In this document: piece after piece, positions 26,763 to 36,700 of the stretch | Position numbering within the stretch: the stretch's first letter is position 1 | Layout of the letters: each line of letters opens with the position of its first letter | Assembly: GCA_023666665.1 (NCBI GenBank) | Contig: JAMPBN010000001.1 | Location: 521,642 to 585,641 of the forward strand | DNA length: 64,000 nucleotides | Origin: Prevotella sp. | GTDB taxonomy: Bacteria > Bacteroidota > Bacteroidia > Bacteroidales > Muribaculaceae | Direction of reading: 5' to 3' | The notes under the pieces: generated by a model | What the model was told of the DNA's origin: nothing | Databases searched by the model: none | What the model saw: the letters and a program-made list of their open reading frames with translations, nothing else | Program-made: the position numbers and the translations under genes

Positions 26763-29336
26763 ATGAAAAAATCACTACTGGTTCTTTCTATGCTGGCAGT
26801 TGCCGTGACCGCAGCTGCCTACGACGTTCCCGAGGCCGGCACAGCCGACTCTCCCAACTACTACATAATTAAAGCCAACCGAGGCAACTACCGCTATCTC
26901 GGTTATGCTGAAAACCCAATTACGCTTACCAAAGATGAAAAAAGCATTGAAACGCACCTTTGTCGCACTCAGCAGCTCTCCGAGGCCAATATTTGGGAAA
27001 TAACTCCCGGCACGGCAGAGGGTACGGTAGTTATCAAGAATTATACAACTAATCAGTATCTTTTGGGCTTCATAAATTATGATAATGAAGTCTCATATGA
27101 CGAAAACAGTAGAGCGGTTACCGTTTCTCAGCCCGCAAACATCCAACTCTCGGCACGTACAAGCGGCGCATATGCCATTACTTTAGTTCCCACCGAAAGC
27201 GCATCGGGCTATTTTACTCTCGACGCAACATCCGGCAATGATACGCAGTATTGCGGCAACTGGGCTCCTGACGATAACGGTTCTTGCTGGTGGTTCTACA
27301 AACTCGATATGACCAACGGCGCAGATGCCGCTATCAATGCAGTCCTTTATGGCGATGTGACTAAAGAGGCTGTTGAAGCTGCCGTGGGTCGTCTGCAAGC
27401 GTATAAGACGGCTGTGCCTCAAGTAGCTACCGAGCTACAAGCCGGCATTGACAAACTCAACGCTCTCAAGCCGTCGGCCGATTATGCAACTGCGGTTTCA
27501 ACGCTTGAAAACGAAGCTATCGCCAACGCAAATACCGCTTTGGCAACCGTACTCAACGGCAATACATATGCGATTGAGAACGTGCGTCGCAAAGCCGATA
27601 ACGTAACTGCATATCTTACCGTGGGAGATGGTAAATATGTTGGCGCTACCACTTATGCCGGAGCAAAAAGCATTTTTAAGTTCACATCTACCGATGACGG
27701 CGGTTATACCATTTATAACGCTGCTACCAATACTTGGATTGGCGCTTCGGCTGCACCGGCAAGCTCGGAGTCTGAGGCCCAATCTTTCTTCCCTTTGCTT
27801 AGCACAAGTAGTGTGAACGGAGTTTATTCAGGTATTGTTCTAAATAATGGCGTAACAAGCGATAAAGGTATCAACTGGCAAAGCTGGGATAATGGTTCTG
27901 TAAGTATTTGGAGCAATACAGATGCCGGTAACATTTTCTCGCTTTTGGATTTCGATATTGAAGAAGCCGTTGATAATGCCAAAGCCAGCGTAGAGACTTC
28001 TCTCTCTCCGTATATTACTAACGTGCCTCAGGTTGCTAACATAATGAATGCGGCAATAGAAGAGTCAAAGAATCTTACATATAGCGAAACGCTCGTTGAA
28101 GATGCCAACGCTATTGTAAGCAAAGCAATTGCTGACGGCAATGACGTAATCAAGAACTATTTCGATGGAAAGACTATTTCAATTTACAGCGTACGTCAAA
28201 AGGACTATCTGAAATATGCAGATGGTGCATTTGGCCACGCTACATCAGGCGAACTACCCTCCACCGTATTTAAATTTGCACAAATTGATGGCGGTTACGG
28301 CCTCTATAACGAAGCCTCTAATATCTATATCGGTACGGCATCTGATGAACTCACTACTGATGACAAAGGAGGCGCAAATGCTATGATTGGCGTAGATGAA
28401 GCCGAGGCTCGAGTTATTACCCCGATTCTTTCGGGTGGCGCACTTGCCCTCTACCTCGGCAATACCGCCGGAGGTACTTCGGTAGGCCTCAACCAAAACA
28501 GTAATCCCGGGCTGTTTGTATACAACACCTCCGATGGCGGCTCAATTTGGACTCTCACTGAAGTTGATAATGACGCAATTGTAGCCGGAGTGGTTAACGG
28601 CATTAAGACTGATTTGAATAAATATGTTGAGAATCTGCCGATGATAAGCGGAATTGTCGCTACCGCCGTTGCCGAACTCGATAAACTGACACTCACCGCT
28701 GACTTGGAAACCAAGGCCGCAGAAATTCAAACCAATGCTATTGACGAAGCTAATCAGGTACTCTCTATCGGTTTGGCCAATAAGTCATATGCTCTGAAAA
28801 ATGTACGTTACCCCGCGTATGTCAACTATACCGATGGCCAGTTCTGCCGCGCAGATAATTATACCGCACAGAGTTCCGCATTCCTCTTCAAACCGGTTGA
28901 GGGTGGCGGTTATAAGCTCTACAACGTGATTGGCAAAGTTTATGTTGGCCCGCAGTCCGTTGAAACTTATGTCGGTACTGATGGTGTTACTTACCGCAGC
29001 GATGACCTTACCATTGTTAATACAGAAGATGAAGCACAGGTTGTTTATCCGTTCATTAATCAATCCGGCAATTACTATGGCGCTTCACTCTGCTTTAATG
29101 CCGACCATACCGGCAGCGGTATAAATATGAACTATAAAGACGGTCTCCATTCATATGACGTGAATGATGGCGGCTCAATTATCGGTCTTTTTCCTATAGA
29201 AACACCATTAGCTATTAAAGAAATCAGCAATGCCGTTGCTGCTGAGGGTGCGATTTATGACCTTCAGGGTCGCAGACTCGCTGCCCCGATTAAGGGTATC
29301 AACATTATCAACGGAAAGAAAATTCTTGTAAAATAA
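26763..29336 (+). CDS. Secreted multi-repeat lectin/adhesin-like protein with a T9SS C-terminal sorting domain (paralog 1).
   Basis: Signal peptide MKKSLLVLSMLAVAVTAAAY. At least 4 tandem ~170-aa modules (Y.L.NVR...F.F..V.GGGY.LYN...YVG...AQV.P...G..YG.SL....G.N...GL..Y...DGGSIW.L) separated by helical linkers. The C-terminus ...IYDLQGRRLAAPIKGINIINGKKILVK resembles the T9SS CTD consensus. Confidence 0.65.
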   Translation: MKKSLLVLSMLAVAVTAAAYDVPEAGTADSPNYYIIKANRGNYRYLGYAENPITLTKDEKSIETHLCRTQQLSEANIWEITPGTAEGTVVIKNYTTNQYLLGFINYDNEVSYDENSRAVTVSQPANIQLSARTSGAYAITLVPTESASGYFTLDATSGNDTQYCGNWAPDDNGSCWWFYKLDMTNGADAAINAVLYGDVTKEAVEAAVGRLQAYKTAVPQVATELQAGIDKLNALKPSADYATAVSTLENEAIANANTALATVLNGNTYAIENVRRKADNVTAYLTVGDGKYVGATTYAGAKSIFKFTSTDDGGYTIYNAATNTWIGASAAPASSESEAQSFFPLLSTSSVNGVYSGIVLNNGVTSDKGINWQSWDNGSVSIWSNTDAGNIFSLLDFDIEEAVDNAKASVETSLSPYITNVPQVANIMNAAIEESKNLTYSETLVEDANAIVSKAIADGNDVIKNYFDGKTISIYSVRQKDYLKYADGAFGHATSGELPSTVFKFAQIDGGYGLYNEASNIYIGTASDELTTDDKGGANAMIGVDEAEARVITPILSGGALALYLGNTAGGTSVGLNQNSNPGLFVYNTSDGGSIWTLTEVDNDAIVAGVVNGIKTDLNKYVENLPMISGIVATAVAELDKLTLTADLETKAAEIQTNAIDEANQVLSIGLANKSYALKNVRYPAYVNYTDGQFCRADNYTAQSSAFLFKPVEGGGYKLYNVIGKVYVGPQSVETYVGTDGVTYRSDDLTIVNTEDEAQVVYPFINQSGNYYGASLCFNADHTGSGINMNYKDGLHSYDVNDGGSIIGLFPIETPLAIKEISNAVAAEGAIYDLQGRRLAAPIKGINIINGKKILVK

Positions 29337-29357
29337 ATCAAACATTATTATAACGTT

Positions 29358-31364
29358 ATGAAAAAATCTCTTTTGATTCTCTCGCTGCTCGCATCCGCAG
29401 CTTCGATGTCTGCTCAAGACGTTGTTACTCCCGGCACTGCCGCGGCCCCCAACTACTATATCATTAAGGCTAACCGTGGAGATAACCTCTACCTCGGCTA
29501 CGGCTCTGCAACCGGACTACTCCCCACCGACCTCTGCCGCACGGCAGAACCCATTGAGGCCAGCATCTGGGCAGTGTGGAACGGCACTGCCGACGGCTCC
29601 GTGGTTATCAAAAACTATACCACCGATGCTTACCTGATGAACTTCATCGACATTGACGGCTCCACGCTCAAGAGCAACGCTACCGCCGTAACCGTCAGCG
29701 AAGCCAAAGACATCTATCTGCAGGATATGGGCAACGGAGCATATGCCATCAACATCAAGCCCGCAGCCGACGCTGCCCAGGGCGAGGCTTATGCCCTCGA
29801 CGCTGCCGGCGGCGCGTCAGCGACCTGCGGCAACTGGTACCCCAACACCGACCAGGGCGCTTGCTGGTGGTTCACCAAGCTTGACCTCTCAAAGGGTGCC
29901 GAAGCTGCCATTGCCGACTATAAGAACGGACAGCAGCTTGCTGCAATGAAAGAGGTTGTTGACCAATACGTCTACTGGGCTGAACAATATAAACAAGGCG
30001 TGCCTCAGATTGCCGACGTGTTTGACACCCTGATTGAGAAGCTCAACGCTTTTGAATACGTTGAAGACTACACTACCGCCATCCGCGCCCTTTGGGATGC
30101 CGCTATCACTGAGGCCAACGACAAGCTGCTTACCTCGCTCAACGAGCAAACCCTTGCCATCAAGAGTCCTCGGCGCGTCATCACTGCCTCCAACGGCGCA
30201 TATCTCAGCGTGGCTACCGATTCATATATCGAAACCCTGACTTATGCCGGCGACAAGAGCCAATTCCTCTTCACTCAGGTAGGCGAGGGAGGCTACACTA
30301 TCTTCAACGCCGCAACCCGGACTTACATCTGCAAAACGCAGAAGACCGAAACCGTTGACGACAAGACCAAAACCTACATCGTAACCACCGCCGACGCTGC
30401 CGAAGCTCAGGTGTTCTATCCCTCGCTCTACGCCATCAGCGATGAGGCCAACAATGCCGAATACTACGGTTTGTCTCTCGCTACAGAAAATGGTGGTGCA
30501 CAAGGCCTGAACTGGCAGGGTTGGAATGGCGGTCTGCTGAGCTACTACAGCGTTGACGATGCCGGCTCGGTTTGGCAGCTCGTATCAATTGATGGCGATG
30601 CCGCTTTGGCCGACGCAATCAAGAGCGTTGAAGACGCTCTCAGCCCCTACCTCGAAACCCTGCCCATAGCCAAAGAGATCATTGACGCAGCCATTGCCGA
30701 TGCTAAAAAGCTCGTGTTTAATGAAGAACTCGGCAACAATGCCGCTGAAATCGTAACCAAGGCTACCGCCGACATCAACGCCCTGCTCGCCACCGGTATT
30801 GACGGCAAGACCTACGCATTGAAATATCTGCGCGGCGACAACTTCCTTGATTTCGCCAACGGCGACTTTGTCCACACCGAAGCCGGCGGCAATGGATCTG
30901 CCGGATTCACCTTTAAGGCTGTGGCCGACGGCGGTTATAAAATCTACAATGCCGCAGCTCAGATCTACGTAGGCCCCAAAACTACTGAAAAGGCCACCAA
31001 CTCCGAGGGTCAGGAATATGAAAAAGACAATATTCTCGTAGTTACCGACGAAGCCGAGGCTCTGACCGTATATCCCTGCCTGAAGCAATCGGGCGCATTA
31101 TACGGCGTGGCATTCTGCCTGAACAGTGACTTTACCGGCGCCGGCCTGAATATGAATGCTGCCGACGGACTTCACGCTTACAGCGCCGCTGACGCCGGCT
31201 CAATCTGGGGCATCATGGCTCAAGACGGCCTCGACGGCATTGAAGCTCCCGAAGTTGCCGCCAAGGCAGTGGTTGAGGGCATCTTCGACCTTCAGGGTCG
31301 CCGCCTCTCCGCTCCCGTTAAGGGCATAAACATCATCAACGGCAAGAAAGTGCTGGTGAAATAA
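29358..31364 (+). CDS. Secreted multi-repeat lectin/adhesin-like protein with a T9SS C-terminal sorting domain (paralog 2).
   Basis: N-terminus (MKKSLLILSLLASAASMSAQDV...PNYYIIKANRG...) and module structure are homologous to the upstream gene. The C-terminus ...IFDLQGRRLSAPVKGINIINGKKVLVK is nearly identical to paralog 1. Confidence 0.65.
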   Translation: MKKSLLILSLLASAASMSAQDVVTPGTAAAPNYYIIKANRGDNLYLGYGSATGLLPTDLCRTAEPIEASIWAVWNGTADGSVVIKNYTTDAYLMNFIDIDGSTLKSNATAVTVSEAKDIYLQDMGNGAYAINIKPAADAAQGEAYALDAAGGASATCGNWYPNTDQGACWWFTKLDLSKGAEAAIADYKNGQQLAAMKEVVDQYVYWAEQYKQGVPQIADVFDTLIEKLNAFEYVEDYTTAIRALWDAAITEANDKLLTSLNEQTLAIKSPRRVITASNGAYLSVATDSYIETLTYAGDKSQFLFTQVGEGGYTIFNAATRTYICKTQKTETVDDKTKTYIVTTADAAEAQVFYPSLYAISDEANNAEYYGLSLATENGGAQGLNWQGWNGGLLSYYSVDDAGSVWQLVSIDGDAALADAIKSVEDALSPYLETLPIAKEIIDAAIADAKKLVFNEELGNNAAEIVTKATADINALLATGIDGKTYALKYLRGDNFLDFANGDFVHTEAGGNGSAGFTFKAVADGGYKIYNAAAQIYVGPKTTEKATNSEGQEYEKDNILVVTDEAEALTVYPCLKQSGALYGVAFCLNSDFTGAGLNMNAADGLHAYSAADAGSIWGIMAQDGLDGIEAPEVAAKAVVEGIFDLQGRRLSAPVKGINIINGKKVLVK

Positions 31365-31393
31365 TCTTTAGCTAAAAAACCAATTATCACATA

Positions 31394-34300
31394 ATGAGAC
31401 ATCACTTTTCACACTGGCAAACGGCCCTTTTCTCGGCCGCGATGCTCGCGCTGATAACTCCCGAGTGCGCTTGGGCAGCGGCCGACCCCTCCGGGGCCTC
31501 CGCTCCCGCGCCCGCGGTGGCGAAGCGTACGGTTACGGGCGTCGTAGTCGACGCGCAAGACGGTGAACCCCTCCCCGGTGCCACTATCAGCGTCGTTGGT
31601 GACAAGAGCGCCGTAACTGCAACCGACATAGACGGTAACTTCTCGATCACCGTTTCCGGCAAGAAACCCACCCTCCTCGTTACATACGTAGGCTACAACG
31701 AAATGCGTGTGCCGGTCGAAGATCTTGGCTACGTCAAGGTTGAACTCAAGGGTGCCGACAATACCCTCGACGAAGTCGTAGTTGTTGGTTCCGGTACGCA
31801 GAAGCGCGTATCGGTGACCGGTGCAATCACCTCAGTCAAGGGCGACGACCTCCGTCTCCCCGCCGGAAACCTCACCTCGGCTCTTGCCGGTAAAATTGCC
31901 GGCGTGGTATCGTCAACCCGCAGCGGCGAGCCCGGCAGTTCCGCAGAGTTCTATATTCGCGGTATCGGCACTTTTGGCGGCCGTCAAACCCCGCTGATTC
32001 TGCTCGACGACGTTGAAATCTCCGTTTCCGACCTCGACTACATCCCCGCCGAAAACATTGAGTCGTTCTCGATCCTTAAAGACGCATCCGCAACCGCCAT
32101 CTACGGCTCCCGCGGCGCCAACGGCGTGATGATTGTCAAGACCAAGGGCGGCGACTACAACTCGCAGACCAAGGTGCGCGTAAGCTTTGAAAACTCATTC
32201 AACTTCCGCGGCGACTTCCCCGAGTTCCTCGACGGCCCCTCGTTTATGGATCTGTATAACAAAGCCCGAGTAGCCCGCGACAATAAGCCAACCTACTCCA
32301 GCGTAGCCATTGAACGTACCCGCCAGGGCACCAACCCCTACCTCTACCCCAACGTGGACTGGAGCGACCTGCTCTTCCGCAGCATGGCAATGCGCCAGCG
32401 TGGCAACGTCAACGTGAGCGGTGGCGGCTCGAAAGTGCGCTACTACATGTCGCTCGACATTCAGCACGAAGACGGCCTGCTCAACACCTCCAAAAACTAC
32501 TCCTGGAACAACAATATCAACATCTACAACTACACGTTCCAGAACAACATTGCCTACAAGCTGACCCCCACCACTACCATTGAGATGAACATGAACGCCC
32601 AGATTCGTCAGAGTTCGGGTCCCAACATCAACAATGATGCCATAGTGGCCTCCTCGGCCGGCTTCTTCGGCTATATCCTTACCACCAACCCGGTAGTGTT
32701 CCCGGTGTCGTATCCTCAGTTCCCCGGCGATGAATTTGTGCGCTACGGCTCAATCAGCCGCGCCGAAACCCGCCAGGCCAACCCCTACGCGCTGCTCAAC
32801 TCCGGCTATGGCCAAAGCAACGAAAACACTATCAACACCGTAATCAAACTCGACCAACAACTCGACTTCATTACCAAGGGCTTGAAATTCAACGCCTGGG
32901 TGAACTTCAAAAACTGGAGCAGCTCGGGCTTTACGCGCCGCGTGACTCCTTACTACTATATGCTCAACAACGATGCCGACTCCTACCAGATGCTCGACGG
33001 CGACGGTAACCCCAACCTCACCGCCGATATGCTTCAGGTTCTGCAGGAAGGCACCATCTACCTGAGCGAAACCGGCCCCACACGCAGCTCCGACCAGACT
33101 TTTGAGTTCCAGGCCAACTTCAACTGGCAGCGCAAATTCGGTCTCCATGATGTCAGCGCTATGCTGCTCTACCGCCAGCGCGAATATCGCAGCGCCATCC
33201 TCCCCGAGCGCAACCAGGGCTTCTCAATCCGCGCCACTTATGATTATGCCCACCGCTACCTCGTGGAGTTCAACGCCGGTTATAACGGCACCGAACGCCT
33301 CGCCAAGAAAGACCGCTTCGGATTCTTCCCCGCAGCGTCGCTGGGTTGGGTGATGAGCAACGAACACTGGTTTGAACCCGCCTCAAAGGTTATCACCAAC
33401 CTCAAGATTCGCGGTTCTTACGGCCTGGTAGGCTCCGACGACCTTGCCTCGCCCGGCGGTTCTCACTTCCTCTACATCAACAAAATTACCGGCAACAATA
33501 TCAAGGCGCTCGGCTTCTACACCGGCGACTATGCCCAGTCGACATATCAATACGGTGCCGGCCCCGAGCTGACCTACTACGCTCTGAGCGGCATCGGCTG
33601 GGAAAAATCGCGCAAAGCCGACATCGGCGTTGACCTCACCCTGTGGGGCAAACTCAGCATCGTGGCTGATATTTTCCACGAAAAGCGCTACGACATATTC
33701 ATCAACCGCGAATCGTGGCCTCAGTCGCTGGCTTACGACATCTCCAAGCCGTGGGCTAACAAGGGCTCGATGCAAAACCGCGGTTACGAAGTGGCCGTTG
33801 AATACAACCAGCGCATCAACCACGACTGGAGCGTAAGCTTCCGCGGCAACGTCAGCTATGCCGAGAACAAGATTCTTGACTGGGACGACCCCGACTACGT
33901 TTACACCTGGAAGAGCAACTACCGCACTAACAAACCCTATCCGACCATCAGTAGCCAGTATGGTTACATTGCCGAGGGCCTCTTCACCTCCGAAGAGGAA
34001 ATCGCTGCCAGCCCCGAGCAGAACGTGGGTACCTCGACCGTGCGCGTAGGTGATATCAAGTATCGCGACATCAACGGCGACGGCCTCGTGAACTCCGACG
34101 ACCAAACCTTGATCAGCGAATACGGCACAACCCCGCGCCTGCAATATGGCTTCGGTGCCACCGTTAACTGGCGCAGCTTCGACTTCGGCTTCCAGTTCGT
34201 GGGTCAGGCCAAGCGCACCATCTTTGCCAACGGCGTTGACCCCTTCTACGAGGGTGGCAACAACACCGCGCGCAACGCCCTCAAATGGGTTGCCGAAAAC

Positions 34301-34591
34301 TACTTCGACCCCGAACTCAAAAACTTCGACGCTGAATATCCCCGACTTGGCACTACTCAGACCGAGGTTAGCAACAACACCGTGGCCTCCACATGGTGGA
34401 TGCGCGACGGCTCGTTCCTCCGCCTGAAAAACGTTGAACTCGGCTGGTCATTCCCCTATGGCCGCGTCTACGTGGCCGGCACCAACCTGCTCCGCTTCAG
34501 CCCCTTCAAGCTTTGGGACCCCGAACTCTCGTCGTGGAACAGCTACCCGCTCTCCAAGTCTGTTACCGTGGGTGTGCAGATCACTATCTAA
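31394..34591 (+). CDS. susC: SusC/RagA family TonB-dependent outer membrane transporter.
   Basis: Signal peptide; carboxypeptidase-regulatory-like domain (TGVVVDAQDGEPLPGATISVVG...DGNFSI); TonB-box/plug (DEVVVVGSGTQKR...ITSVKGDD); and NVSGG.. with the SusC-specific ...RFSPFKLWDPEL C-terminal region. 1065 aa. Confidence 0.9.
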   Translation: MRHHFSHWQTALFSAAMLALITPECAWAAADPSGASAPAPAVAKRTVTGVVVDAQDGEPLPGATISVVGDKSAVTATDIDGNFSITVSGKKPTLLVTYVGYNEMRVPVEDLGYVKVELKGADNTLDEVVVVGSGTQKRVSVTGAITSVKGDDLRLPAGNLTSALAGKIAGVVSSTRSGEPGSSAEFYIRGIGTFGGRQTPLILLDDVEISVSDLDYIPAENIESFSILKDASATAIYGSRGANGVMIVKTKGGDYNSQTKVRVSFENSFNFRGDFPEFLDGPSFMDLYNKARVARDNKPTYSSVAIERTRQGTNPYLYPNVDWSDLLFRSMAMRQRGNVNVSGGGSKVRYYMSLDIQHEDGLLNTSKNYSWNNNINIYNYTFQNNIAYKLTPTTTIEMNMNAQIRQSSGPNINNDAIVASSAGFFGYILTTNPVVFPVSYPQFPGDEFVRYGSISRAETRQANPYALLNSGYGQSNENTINTVIKLDQQLDFITKGLKFNAWVNFKNWSSSGFTRRVTPYYYMLNNDADSYQMLDGDGNPNLTADMLQVLQEGTIYLSETGPTRSSDQTFEFQANFNWQRKFGLHDVSAMLLYRQREYRSAILPERNQGFSIRATYDYAHRYLVEFNAGYNGTERLAKKDRFGFFPAASLGWVMSNEHWFEPASKVITNLKIRGSYGLVGSDDLASPGGSHFLYINKITGNNIKALGFYTGDYAQSTYQYGAGPELTYYALSGIGWEKSRKADIGVDLTLWGKLSIVADIFHEKRYDIFINRESWPQSLAYDISKPWANKGSMQNRGYEVAVEYNQRINHDWSVSFRGNVSYAENKILDWDDPDYVYTWKSNYRTNKPYPTISSQYGYIAEGLFTSEEEIAASPEQNVGTSTVRVGDIKYRDINGDGLVNSDDQTLISEYGTTPRLQYGFGATVNWRSFDFGFQFVGQAKRTIFANGVDPFYEGGNNTARNALKWVAENYFDPELKNFDAEYPRLGTTQTEVSNNTVASTWWMRDGSFLRLKNVELGWSFPYGRVYVAGTNLLRFSPFKLWDPELSSWNSYPLSKSVTVGVQITI

Positions 34592-34626
34592 CAATGTCTC
34601 CAATACTGTAAAAGCAACTACTATAT

Positions 34627-36687
34627 ATGAAGCTTAATAAAATTTTCAAATATATGGCTGTGGCGGTTACCGTCGGAACTCTTGCCGGTGTAACCTCCTG
34701 CAACTACCTCGACGTTGTTCCTCCGGAACAGGCTAACCTCGAGGACGCCATGAAGACCCATACCAACGCACTTGGGTTCCTTCAGTCATGCTATGCGGGT
34801 CTTACTGCCGGCGACCCCTACGGCAATAATGTGGTTCCTACCGACTATCAGTCAGTATTCTGCAGCTCTACCGATGAATATGTTTTGCCCAATGAACAGG
34901 AGTCGACATATAAACAGATTTTTGCTGCATTGAAAAATACGCAAACCACTGACCTGTCGAACATCAACCACCTTTGGGGCGTGATGTATAAATACATCGG
35001 CCAGTGCCTGCTCTTTGAGGAGCAGCTTACAACCGTGGGTCGCGAATACGACGTTTGCACCAACGAACAGGAAGAACAGCAGTGGCTTGCCGAAAGCCGC
35101 TTCCTCAAGGCTTTCTATCACTTTGTGTTGCTCCGCACCTATGGCCCGATTCCGTTGACTACGGAACTCATTCCCATGGACTCGCCCGAGAGCAGCTACG
35201 ACGGCCGCTATCACTTTGACTACTGCGTTCGCTATCTTGCCAACGAGTTTGACCTTGCCGCCAAAGACCTCCCCGCAACCCGCGATGCCGTGGAATTTGG
35301 CCGCGCAACCTCGGTGATTGCCAAGGCAATGAAAGCCCGTCTGCTCCTCTATGCCGCTTCCGACCTCTGGAACGGCAAGTTCCCCTACCCGGAATGGAAA
35401 AACGTGAACTTCGAAACTCCCGGCTATGGCAAGAACCTCGTGTCAAGCACCTACGACCGCTCCAAGTGGGAACTCGCCTACGAAGCCACCAAAGAGGCCA
35501 TTGACCTTGCCGAAGCAAACAGCCACGGCCTGATGCAGACTTACGAGCCCGAGTCAAACGTGCCCCTGTCAACCATGGACTGGGTGCCCGTAGACTTCAA
35601 GGGCGACTCCGAAAAGGAAGAGTTCCTCACCAAGGTGATGCTCAACCGCTACATCCACGCCACCTCGCAGTCTGAAAACCCCGAAATCCTTTGGTCGCTC
35701 TATCGCAGCAAACCTTTCCTGGAATCAGGCCGCTTGCCGCTGAAAATAATTAAAAACAAAAACGGCACGTGGTATCAATATGGCTATTCGGTTGTCAACC
35801 CGACGCTCAACACCGTCTACGGCTTCCTCTGTAAAGACGGCCATCTGCCCGCTGAAAACAATCACTCCTCCATTGACTTCCCGCCCAGAAACGAATGGTT
35901 CAAGGCTATGTCGAACCCCACTCCCGGTCACGAAGACATCATTAACCTGATGCGCAACCGCGAACCCCGCTTCTATGCCTGGATTGCATTCGACGGCGGC
36001 AACTTCCTGAACCGGCTGTGCGACGGCCAACCCCTGACTCTTAACTTCAAATCATCAGCAGCCCAGGGTTTCAGCCCCAGCGAGCAACCCAAGAACCTTG
36101 CCTCGACCGGCTTCCTGGCAATGAAGCACCTCAATCCCGTAACTTCGGTGTCTGCCGAGCTCAACCTCTCGTCGGGTACCACCAACCCCACGGTGATGTG
36201 TCGTCTAACAGAGTTGTATCTCAACCTGGCCGAATGTGCCGCCGAGTTAGCTAACCAGCAGCGTCCCGGTGCCGACGATACGTATAAGACCAAGGCAATG
36301 TATTATCTGAACATTATCCGTCAAAGAGCCGGCGTAGGCCTTCTCGAAGATGCCCAGATTGACGAGCAGATTACCGACCCCGCAACCGGAAAGCCCAAAA
36401 CCATGACTTTGGTGGAATGGGTGCGTCAGGAACGCTTCATCGAACTTTGGGACGAAGGCCACCGCTACTTCGACGTTCGCCGTTGGGTTGCCGGACCCGA
36501 ATATTTCGGTGCCGGTGTGCGTCAGGGTCTTACCGGCGATGTTGCCAACCCCGAAACGTTTGAGGAGTTCAATACCCCGAAAAACATCAACCCCACTTTT
36601 GCGTTTGCAAACCGCCAGTATCTCTATCCCGTCTTTATCAACGAGGTTTACAAAAACCCGCAAATGATTCAAGCCCCCGGCTTCTAA
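34627..36687 (+). CDS. susD: SusD/RagB family nutrient-binding outer membrane lipoprotein.
   Basis: Lipobox (...LAGVTSCNYLDV). The TPR-like helical SusD signature includes ...RFLKAFYHFVLLRTYGPIPL... and the C-terminus ...ERFIELWDEGHRYFDVRRW. It is immediately downstream of SusC. Confidence 0.9.
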   Translation: MKLNKIFKYMAVAVTVGTLAGVTSCNYLDVVPPEQANLEDAMKTHTNALGFLQSCYAGLTAGDPYGNNVVPTDYQSVFCSSTDEYVLPNEQESTYKQIFAALKNTQTTDLSNINHLWGVMYKYIGQCLLFEEQLTTVGREYDVCTNEQEEQQWLAESRFLKAFYHFVLLRTYGPIPLTTELIPMDSPESSYDGRYHFDYCVRYLANEFDLAAKDLPATRDAVEFGRATSVIAKAMKARLLLYAASDLWNGKFPYPEWKNVNFETPGYGKNLVSSTYDRSKWELAYEATKEAIDLAEANSHGLMQTYEPESNVPLSTMDWVPVDFKGDSEKEEFLTKVMLNRYIHATSQSENPEILWSLYRSKPFLESGRLPLKIIKNKNGTWYQYGYSVVNPTLNTVYGFLCKDGHLPAENNHSSIDFPPRNEWFKAMSNPTPGHEDIINLMRNREPRFYAWIAFDGGNFLNRLCDGQPLTLNFKSSAAQGFSPSEQPKNLASTGFLAMKHLNPVTSVSAELNLSSGTTNPTVMCRLTELYLNLAECAAELANQQRPGADDTYKTKAMYYLNIIRQRAGVGLLEDAQIDEQITDPATGKPKTMTLVEWVRQERFIELWDEGHRYFDVRRWVAGPEYFGAGVRQGLTGDVANPETFEEFNTPKNINPTFAFANRQYLYPVFINEVYKNPQMIQAPGF

Positions 36688-36700
36688 TAAACAATAAATT

